A DNA stretch of 64,000 nt from an uncultured virus (IMG/VR IMGVR_UViG_3300006620_000015) (taxonomy: Duplodnaviria > Heunggongvirae > Uroviricota > Caudoviricetes). The stretch lies in IMG/VR virus record IMGVR_UViG_3300006620_000015. The stretch is one strand, 5' to 3'. The translations under genes and the position numbers were made by a program. Below are positions 58,901 to 64,000 of this stretch, one piece after another. Within the stretch, counting starts at the first letter, position 1. The number at the start of each line of letters is the position of its first letter. The notes beneath the pieces were generated by a model that was not told where the DNA came from, ran no database searches, and saw only the letters and a list, made by a program, of their open reading frames with translations.

Positions 58901-60388
58901 ACCACTTGAACCTGATCCATTTCCAGATGCTACAGCACTAATGTTACTTCCAGTATATGCTGAAGTTCCGTTCCAAGGAGCAAGTACAATTTCTGGTACT
59001 GTAACTGATGTAAGACCAACATTATATGAGAATACTGTTCTTTCATCTTTCTGTCCGATCTCAAATAGAGATCCAGAACCAATATGTATTCTAGCAAATG
59101 CATCAGGAATGACATGATTGGCGATTGTAATTCCGCCACGACTTCTGTAATGTGGTAAGAATGCAATATCGCTGCTCTGACCCTCTCCATAGGAGTCAAT
59201 GTGTTTGGCAATGGAAATAGATCCAGAACCAATATGATGACGATTACGGACGCTTTGAGAGATGCCAGAGAAACTGAATGATCCTTCCGTTGCCTTGGTA
59301 TATCCCCCAATTACAATACTTCCATTATCAAACTCACCTTCAGTAACAATTCCTGCTACCTGACCATAGTTCTCATTGTTGATAGCAGAGGTTAATATAT
59401 CACCATAATCTTGTGGTGTGCTTAATGTCACCGCAGACTCAGTGGTGTAATCATATACTTTTGCTTCTTCGCCACCACTGAATCCAAACAGTGATCCACT
59501 GCCCTGATATCCTACTCTTGCAAATGCCTCTGGATTTCCACCATGGAATCGTAAACCAATGACATCTCTTCTGACAAATTGTCCTGTCGCAATATTACGA
59601 CCAACAATGTAAATTTGATTAAATGGTTCGTCAAGAGCTTCGTCAACGCTACCGCGAAGTCTAAGTGAACCAGAACCAGAATATCCTTTAGTTATATTTG
59701 GAGTATCGCTATGTCCTGCAAAAGTAAATAGTCCGAAGGGATTACTTCCGCCGAGATCAACAACAGTTCCGTTGTCAGTCTCTCCTTCGGTAACTATTCC
59801 AGTTACCTGACCATAGTCATGAGAAGAACCTACAGCAGCGACGACCAGACCGTAGTCGGCATCGCTACCATAGGTTATGATTGAATCTAAGTTATAACTA
59901 TTAGTTTCGCTGCTATCAGCGGCACCAGAAATTCGCAGTGCTCCAGAACCGCCAATATATGGAGCAACCATTCGCTCCAGACCACTACCAATTTCAAATA
60001 GTGAACCTGAACCTGTCCATGCTTGTTTTGTGACAACAATAGCACGCTCACGCAGCACAATTGGTTCCGCAATCGCAACAAAAACTACAGCAGCAGAGTT
60101 TTCTTCTCCGCCACTGAAGTTAATATTACCTGATACTGGATACGTTGTTTCAGTAATCCAAACGTCCTCATAATCAATAGATCCAGTAACTTCATTTACA
60201 ATATAATCTTGACCTACAGGTACAATTAAAGTGTCATGAATGACACCAGGGGTGCCGTCCTGAACGATGTAATCAAACATCTTGACGCCATGATCCACCA
60301 CGGTCGTAGCAACATCAGTGATGCTACCGAGATCCTCGGTTTCATAAACATGAATCTGTGATGAATCGTAAATATAGACGTTGTTCAT
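52973..60388 (-). CDS. Giant repetitive virion/tail-associated protein (2471 aa)
   Basis: Many GSGSLF..GG.AE and DYG.(I/V)T repeats; two inserted reelin-like beta domains. Confidence 0.85.
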   Translation of the reverse strand: MNNVYIYDSSQIHVYETEDLGSITDVATTVVDHGVKMFDYIVQDGTPGVIHDTLIVPVGQDYIVNEVTGSIDYEDVWITETTYPVSGNINFSGGEENSAAVVFVAIAEPIVLRERAIVVTKQAWTGSGSLFEIGSGLERMVAPYIGGSGALRISGAADSSETNSYNLDSIITYGSDADYGLVVAAVGSSHDYGQVTGIVTEGETDNGTVVDLGGSNPFGLFTFAGHSDTPNITKGYSGSGSLRLRGSVDEALDEPFNQIYIVGRNIATGQFVRRDVIGLRFHGGNPEAFARVGYQGSGSLFGFSGGEEAKVYDYTTESAVTLSTPQDYGDILTSAINNENYGQVAGIVTEGEFDNGSIVIGGYTKATEGSFSFSGISQSVRNRHHIGSGSISIAKHIDSYGEGQSSDIAFLPHYRSRGGITIANHVIPDAFARIHIGSGSLFEIGQKDERTVFSYNVGLTSVTVPEIVLAPWNGTSAYTGSNISAVASGNGSGSSGGFNSSTTTYWRFTGQSQSNNAGANPRILTLGQLDLTNYNQFEFTAIAGTSNNGGENCDPDEDLKISYSTDNGTTYTQITVLDAEDARFTGSTFSLVTLDIPEAAKTSNVLLKFHQERHSGSQYDQWGIEYVKLLENTTVGSGQVYDTIDSVDQGTVDQSAGVNEDYGTITIPFTNGIQDYGQLNPASFKFGDIKISGGDSAHANPRAYRGAIERVTENAITPLTILPDDFVNVSSYNAIFDDVNVRNAGTGTGSTSGFNIGRHLAFEGGGAGNQARSLTFQVDASEFDQMAITVIRGNGTNGGNAPESGEHLRLYYSPDPAFNNGNFLQYGTILAHDSADGVTAPVRIVLPLNSNLLTSSTQRYRIVQLGPDGTADNYAITQIELLNSAGTSIVTPFDIQPTSFFLSGGRATVQFVEPSAQVYTYGLTQNQTSKGEFLKFGGGMSPIITVKGTYYTSGTLFSSGGGIESTVFDYNESSILELGTPVDNGQITSSGSTTDYGQVTEYGLGETDFGQVAILQTTQPFGKLYELSGGDIAHSNPVAYLGSTARISITGGYSNLKFVSQAGESTALFEIRNAPGGEGNTYANVKPFIGSGSLFHIGDRLESKTYSYTTASIAPTDQQYDNGSVTSASTTNEDYGLITNLFDSGLAEDYGDVSNIIGDENPFGLYRIYGSADEQYFPTFNWNRQSPPIRIFNDQQDPADFRFRPHWRTDTTTTNPPRISNGPGGEFHTYAQVRPFIGSGRLFGLGDKFESATFRYTTESIVVVENPEDYGLITSTPTQNLEYGTISSAITPGGEFDNGQIGITQTTESLTGLYKFSGESKDQFLRGPYVVKDGLIKIYKGKSAPTDFRFMPHWRSRPYEQGKLTGIAETPRARDFVGAGRLFGLGDKFESATFRYTTESIVVVEQPEDYGLITSNATQNLDFGDVSSAITPDGEVDFGQVVITQTTQSATGLYKFSGESKDQFFRGPYVAKKGFIRFYKGQSADTDFRFMPHWRGVPDEQFKVSGSAETPRGRDFVGTGSLFNIGDKIEKKVYNYTTESIEVVQPSDDWGSITTSGGTLDYGDVGSAVTPGGEFDFGQVVITQTTQSATGLFRFSGEGAEVKSSTPPAERFEISISGSAIEKVTSGDDENTILFNFTGSLAESFSKGLYNGSGSLFEIGQKDERVVFHYNTSSIGDSFGSDDRGSITTTPTTNVDNGLIADETVPPTIDYGFNIDVPGSERPLGQLFEITGADSGHKQTFTEFSSGSLFGASGAAESFVAQTPEETFLLKMRGGAVEKHVENWVGSGLIKYPEDTPLAPNAAVRFRPHWRGAPDHSPKILGTADAAFKGAYVSKGVFSRMYTHDKGEEWLRYRPSPRYVNSIYGKIGGSAFVNGDGGTRKISVFGYYGDDRDPGTSGSLFGIGGAAESRGITPPLEDTVIFTLNGTAASKFNPHWRGRPDGSPRLYGTPELQLLFNIFTNPEGERFNVYGDAVPVRTINYDGSGTLFTAGSSAEVVGFNPDIETRAFKFSGEPIVRIRVILFGGGSMFGFGSGAESTTIAVPESTVLFVPSGAAVPVITLNYDGSGTEVISGTATEKRTASHVGDGSLFGTGGAAEAVAVSEAESTALFIPSGGDQNSFTRIKQGSGSATINGNAVPVVTLNFNGSGSLFSLGGSSEITTVSEESTGLFEFNGTAEPVIRTRGFAGSGSLFAVGNGAEVASVSEESTGLFTISGDAEAPFVRTKVGSGTTFISGVKEESFSKGNYDGEGSFSAFGGAAEIVGFDPAEETFLYEFTGNATATRTRGFAGSGTATVLNETVIPVITLNYFGDGSLTTFGGAAESRTVDVENTTLFEFRNGATESFSKGNYDAEGSATVSGEASDIKLTFGNEVFAYVSASGNADESKTDDYVGSGSLFSVVSTTIARTIDYDETSVGAQGEVVSTSLFRISGENPGSVTRITQPTTAEFRTQGESISKVILFSPPRTYSTII
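55905..56670. repeat. 420-bp-period intragenic tandem duplication
   Basis: Identical blocks at 55905/56325 (ctccaatgaggcatgaatctaaagtcagt), near-identical at 55981/56401, identical at 56221/56641. Confidence 0.9.
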
Positions 60389-60405
60389 TAAGTTCCCGTT
60401 GCATT

Positions 60406-60429
60406 AAAAGGGGGGACATAAATCCCCCC
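60406..60429 (-). terminator. Probable weak terminator/attenuator
   Basis: GGGGGGA-TTTATG-TCCCCCC-TTTT. Confidence 0.6.
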
Positions 60430-60465
60430 ACAAAGAAACATAACAAATAAGATGTATACTATATA

Positions 60466-61638
60466 TCAGTCGAGGCTGACGTTAAGTGTGATCTTAATTT
60501 GGTCACCGTTGTTCTGAATTGGGTATGGACCATTTGTGAATCTCTCAGCAAACATGATGCTGCTGTGGAGAGTCAGGTCACCAGTTCCAGCAAGAGCAGG
60601 TACGGTGTGGAACGTGTTTGCATCGGGTACTTCAAATACGGTATAAGTACCAGCAACAGCGGTCGAAGTTGTACCTTGAGCGATGTAGATAACATCACCA
60701 ACAACCAGACTATGACCAGTAGCACTTATTTTGCTGTAGTCAAGAGTGATGGAAGAGTCGGTAGCAATCTGAATGTTATCAGTCAGATCAGCACTGAGGT
60801 AGATGATTCTCAGGAGACGATCAATACCGATGATTGTTGTGTTTCCAGGAACAGCGTTGTTTCCGCCAACAACCATACCAACGCAGATATCATCCATGAT
60901 GGATGCAACGTTAGGCAGAGTGATGAAGTTGTTACCAACAACACCAGAACAAGGATCAGAGTTGTCACCCTTGTTCAGAGTTGTAGCAGCAGAAGCGGCA
61001 GCAGCATCCTCAACACCATGGATTGCCATTGGCAGGTTATTTGCTCTTGCCAGATAGTAACCATAGATGTTACCAGCGGCAGCTGAGAATGTGAAAGTTT
61101 GCTCAGGATATGTAGCAGTTGTAACTCCACCAGTGAAGTTGATTGTTCCTGAAACAGCACCAGAGTTAGCGACGGTCAGAACGACAGTTGCGCCATCTAC
61201 TCTAGAAACCTTAGCGCCAGCACCGATTCCAGTACCAGAGACGAGGTTACCTACGCTAATCGTGCCAGTTACGCTGGCAACTGAGATGGTATATGCACCT
61301 GAAGAACCAGTGCCAGTACCAGAAGCGATAGGATCGCCAGCAGTAGAAATTGCCCAGCGGTTGCCATTCAAGAGAATACCTGTCTGGTTGGTATAATCTT
61401 GATCAGAGCGATTATTTACTGCATATGGATAGTTGGTTGTTGGACCAGTACCATAACCATTAGTGTTACCATCAGCATAAGGCTCATAGTAAGCAGTCTG
61501 TGAAGGGACATCTCCTTCAGCAGGTGTTGTGTTGGATGTGTAAAGCTTAAGAATTAAGTTTCTGGGAATTTCGTGAGTAGCATTCAGCAAATAGCGAAGC
61601 GACTCCAATTCACCAATATTTGGTACTAAAAGTGCCAT
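60466..61638 (-). CDS. Virion structural protein
   Basis: MALLVPNIGE, LILKLY, ATYPEQTFTF, IYGYY, FAERF..GPY.IQNNGDQIKIT; TATAAATA upstream. Confidence 0.82.
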   Translation of the reverse strand: MALLVPNIGELESLRYLLNATHEIPRNLILKLYTSNTTPAEGDVPSQTAYYEPYADGNTNGYGTGPTTNYPYAVNNRSDQDYTNQTGILLNGNRWAISTAGDPIASGTGTGSSGAYTISVASVTGTISVGNLVSGTGIGAGAKVSRVDGATVVLTVANSGAVSGTINFTGGVTTATYPEQTFTFSAAAGNIYGYYLARANNLPMAIHGVEDAAAASAATTLNKGDNSDPCSGVVGNNFITLPNVASIMDDICVGMVVGGNNAVPGNTTIIGIDRLLRIIYLSADLTDNIQIATDSSITLDYSKISATGHSLVVGDVIYIAQGTTSTAVAGTYTVFEVPDANTFHTVPALAGTGDLTLHSSIMFAERFTNGPYPIQNNGDQIKITLNVSLD

Positions 61639-61680
61639 TTAAGATGATCCTCCAAGGACGTTTGAGTTATCTGTTTATAT

Positions 61681-62385
61681 TTATAAATTTACTTTCAAAG
61701 CGATAGCAAATTTTTTGAGTGATGTAGAAACATTTATCACCTCATACTGTAGGATGTCACCAGCATTTAACTGCTTTGTCCATCCAGTTAAGGTAATGTC
61801 AGATTTTTTTACTTCATTATTTAGTTCGGGTCTGCTGTTGCCACAAATTGAAGCTCCAGCAGGAAAATCATCAAAATTACATTTTCTAATATCAAGTTCT
61901 AATGTTCCGATGTTATCTGCCAATAATATAAACGACTGAATATTTCCAGTCACATCAATGGTTAGATAACCTTTGTTTCCAATAGTCATTGGTCTAGAAC
62001 CATTGTCAACAACATAGTTGATAGTTCTAGTTAAATCAGCAGTATTTGCTAATGCTACACCAAAGAAAGGAACACTTGAACTAGCAGGAGGAGTTGCGAA
62101 TGTAATTTGATCACCAGATACGGTATAACCAACTCCTGGTTCTAAAATAACATTATCCATAGAGATGATCAATTGCTGATCATTCAATGCTTCATAAGCA
62201 TCTCCACTAACTGTTAGTGGAAATACTGTTCTACTACCATCAAATAATGATGTTAAACTATCCAGAATTAAATTCTGATATTGAACACCTTTAGATGGAG
62301 CTTCATAATTAAGACCAATGCTATAATCATTGGCAACATTCTGAGTAACATCAAAGTTAGTAGTACTTACTTCGTAATTGGCCAC
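61681..62385 (-). CDS. Virion structural / baseplate-associated protein
   Basis: LD.....FDG....F.L...IS...V..EPG..Y...G.QI.F..PP module of cyanophage baseplate proteins. Confidence 0.78.
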   Translation of the reverse strand: MANYEVSTTNFDVTQNVANDYSIGLNYEAPSKGVQYQNLILDSLTSLFDGSRTVFPLTVSGDAYEALNDQQLIISMDNVILEPGVGYTVSGDQITFATPPASSSVPFFGVALANTADLTRTINYVVDNGSRPMTIGNKGYLTIDVTGNIQSFILLADNIGTLELDIRKCNFDDFPAGASICGNSRPELNNEVKKSDITLTGWTKQLNAGDILQYEVINVSTSLKKFAIALKVNL

Positions 62386-62723
62386 TATACTGTTACTCCT
62401 GGTGTTACCGTTGCAATTCCTTCAATGAATCTAGTCTTTACTCCACTCGCAGAAGTCAAGACCAAATCATAAACATATCTTCTTGGTTTCAGGGTAGCAG
62501 TGACTGTATCACTTAAATTAATTTTTAAAATACCTTTACTCCTATCAGCAAAAGTAACTGTAAACGGTGTTGCAGCACTTGAGGTATAATAACTAGTCTT
62601 CAGTTTTGCCTCTGCAGTAAATCCAAGAAGATTTACCGAGGCTCCATCTGAATTCTTGATAGTAAAGGTCGCTGAGAAGTCAGTACCCTGCTCTATCACT
62701 AGGTTAATTGTAATTGCGGACAT
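62385..62723 (-). CDS. Small beta-sandwich structural protein (BppU_N-like)
   Basis: NLVIEQGTDF...G...I.L....T..L...RYVYDL......TRFIEG...V.PGVT. Confidence 0.8.
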   Translation of the reverse strand: MSAITINLVIEQGTDFSATFTIKNSDGASVNLLGFTAEAKLKTSYYTSSAATPFTVTFADRSKGILKINLSDTVTATLKPRRYVYDLVLTSASGVKTRFIEGIATVTPGVTV

Positions 62724-62728
62724 GTACT

Positions 62729-62766
62729 AAAAAAGACCTTCCTTGTTATTTATAAGGAAGATCTTT
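62729..62766 (-). promoter_or_regulatory. Hairpin with late promoter in the loop and SD in the 3' arm
   Basis: AAAGATCTTCCTT-ATAAATAAC-AAGGAAGGTCTTT-TTT. Confidence 0.7.
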
Positions 62767-62770
62767 AAAG

Positions 62771-62971
62771 TTATTCTGCTGCTACTGGTTCTGCCTCAGC
62801 AGTTTCTTCAGTTGCTGGCGGAGGATCCATAATATCAATTGCTTCAAGAGCACCTTTCAGTTTCAGTGCAAGTTCACGCTTTGCAACGAGTTGTGCTTCA
62901 AGATTCTTGATTTCAGTGACAGTATTTTCAAATTGGGTTGTAAAATTCTCACGAAGAGTTGCGGGTTCCAT
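62771..62971 (-). CDS. Small coiled-coil hypothetical protein
   Basis: KRELALKLKGALEAI; SD GAGG upstream. Confidence 0.75.
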   Translation of the reverse strand: MEPATLRENFTTQFENTVTEIKNLEAQLVAKRELALKLKGALEAIDIMDPPPATEETAEAEPVAAE

Positions 62972-63017
62972 GGTATTCCTCAGTTCAGGATAATTATACT
63001 ACAATTTATTTAGTGCG

Positions 63018-64000
63018 TCAAGAAATCTTAAATGCTGTCTGGAAATCCGTACTGGCACTACTCCAACTAGAAGTATCACTAGCATTAGTAAACTCTACTG
63101 TTCTGGATGTCACATCTGTTGTAGATGAAAAAGTGTAAGTTCCAGATCCACTAAGAGCAGGATCACTAATAGACTCAACCTTGAAATAAGTATCAGATTC
63201 TGGTGGAGATTGACCAGTAACTGATGTAAAGTTGCCAGTAGGACCATCAGTAGTGTATCTAATGACCGCTGAAGTTGTTTGACTGCTTCCTAATCTAGAA
63301 ATTGATGAACTCTGAGTTCTAGCTAGAACAAGTAAATTTCCCTCTGTATCAGTTTCACCAGAAATGAGTTCAAATACACCAGGAGTGTAATAACCATCGG
63401 TATCATTATAATATCCCATCTTTCTAGACCATACAACAGAACTTAAATCAGAACTGAGTTTATATACGGTAAGAAAATCTTTAGAAGAACTTCTTCCTAC
63501 AACGTAAGCTCCTCCGTTTACTCTATCACAGGCAACAAAACTATCTGCAGTACCAATAAATACTCTCGCAGAACTTGATCTAACCATGTTACTGTTATAT
63601 TTTGTTATCATCCAATATGTCTGATTTCCTGATCCATCAGGTTGAGCAAAATATTTGTCGTTATTATTATCAACAAAAAATTTACGGTCAATATATTGAC
63701 TAAATGTATTACTAGATTTATACTGAGTTACACTATTAAGATTAGTCTTAAGATGTTTTGTTATATAAGAATTACTGTTAGAACTTGAGGCATTTCCACT
63801 ATGATGAATCCAAACATCGCCGTTACTATCTAAGTCCATTGAATGTAGAATATGTCTAGTTGAGGCAGACTTGTAGTTTACTGAACTAAGAGAATTAAAA
63901 TCTGAATTAGCCTGATATAAAAGATAACCATCATAACTATCACCTCTAGTACAAGCGAAGTAATTATAAGTACCATCAGAAATTACATTAGCCTCAGTAA
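63018..64000 (-). CDS. 3' part of a Ser/Thr-rich beta-propeller-like protein (runs off window end)
   Basis: Frame of the 63018-63839 ORF stays open to 64000 on manual translation; DSNGDVWI, ITKYNSN and VVWSR blade-like motifs. Confidence 0.75.
   Translation of the reverse strand, partial: TEANVISDGTYNYFACTRGDSYDGYLLYQANSDFNSLSSVNYKSASTRHILHSMDLDSNGDVWIHHSGNASSSNSNSYITKHLKTNLNSVTQYKSSNTFSQYIDRKFFVDNNNDKYFAQPDGSGNQTYWMITKYNSNMVRSSSARVFIGTADSFVACDRVNGGAYVVGRSSSKDFLTVYKLSSDLSSVVWSRKMGYYNDTDGYYTPGVFELISGETDTEGNLLVLARTQSSSISRLGSSQTTSAVIRYTTDGPTGNFTSVTGQSPPESDTYFKVESISDPALSGSGTYTFSSTTDVTSRTVEFTNASDTSSWSSASTDFQTAFKIS

Noticed and set aside
60499..61396. Several plus-strand ORFs of 84-195 aa (similar ones occur throughout the window)
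   Set aside because: Antisense shadows of well-supported minus-strand genes, without RBS or motifs
1..64000. tRNA genes, CRISPR arrays, IS elements
   Set aside because: Intergenic spaces are short and explained by promoters and terminators; no cloverleaf, spaced repeat array or transposase seen by eye (tRNAscan not run)

Overview
Core region of a T4-like cyanomyovirus (Kyanoviridae-type; the picocyanobacterial host is inferred from gene content such as DUF3110, mazG, hsp20 and an NtcA-type box, and no photosynthesis gene lies in this window). Almost all genes are on the minus strand. In transcription order they are: baseplate/tail-associated structural genes including 2471-aa and 1894-aa virion proteins; neck, terminase, tail and head genes gp13-gp23 and gp3; uvsY, uvsW, gp55, gp47, gp46, gp45, gp44, gp62 and regA; hsp20, gp43, uvsX, gp41 and mazG; a late-promoter-driven cluster of unexplained enzymes; gp61; and the 5' part of nrdA. 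The most interesting signals are: (1) a late operon encoding a nuclease-like protein, a protein with all RNA/DNA-ligase-type motifs and a HIGH-family nucleotidyltransferase; (2) proteins with T4 capsid-targeting-like N-termini, including a Pol-beta nucleotidyltransferase; (3) a PaeR7I/XhoI-like restriction endonuclease in an island with dam between gp44 and gp62; (4) a ROSE-like RNA thermometer on hsp20, with two candidate late small RNAs nearby; (5) an NtcA-type promoter plus uORF controlling a small Cys-rich gene; (6) a near-consensus antisense sigma70 promoter; and (7) reelin-like and cupredoxin-like domains in the giant virion proteins. All family calls come from motif recognition by eye; no searches were run. 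I saw no tRNA, rRNA, CRISPR array, intron or intein.
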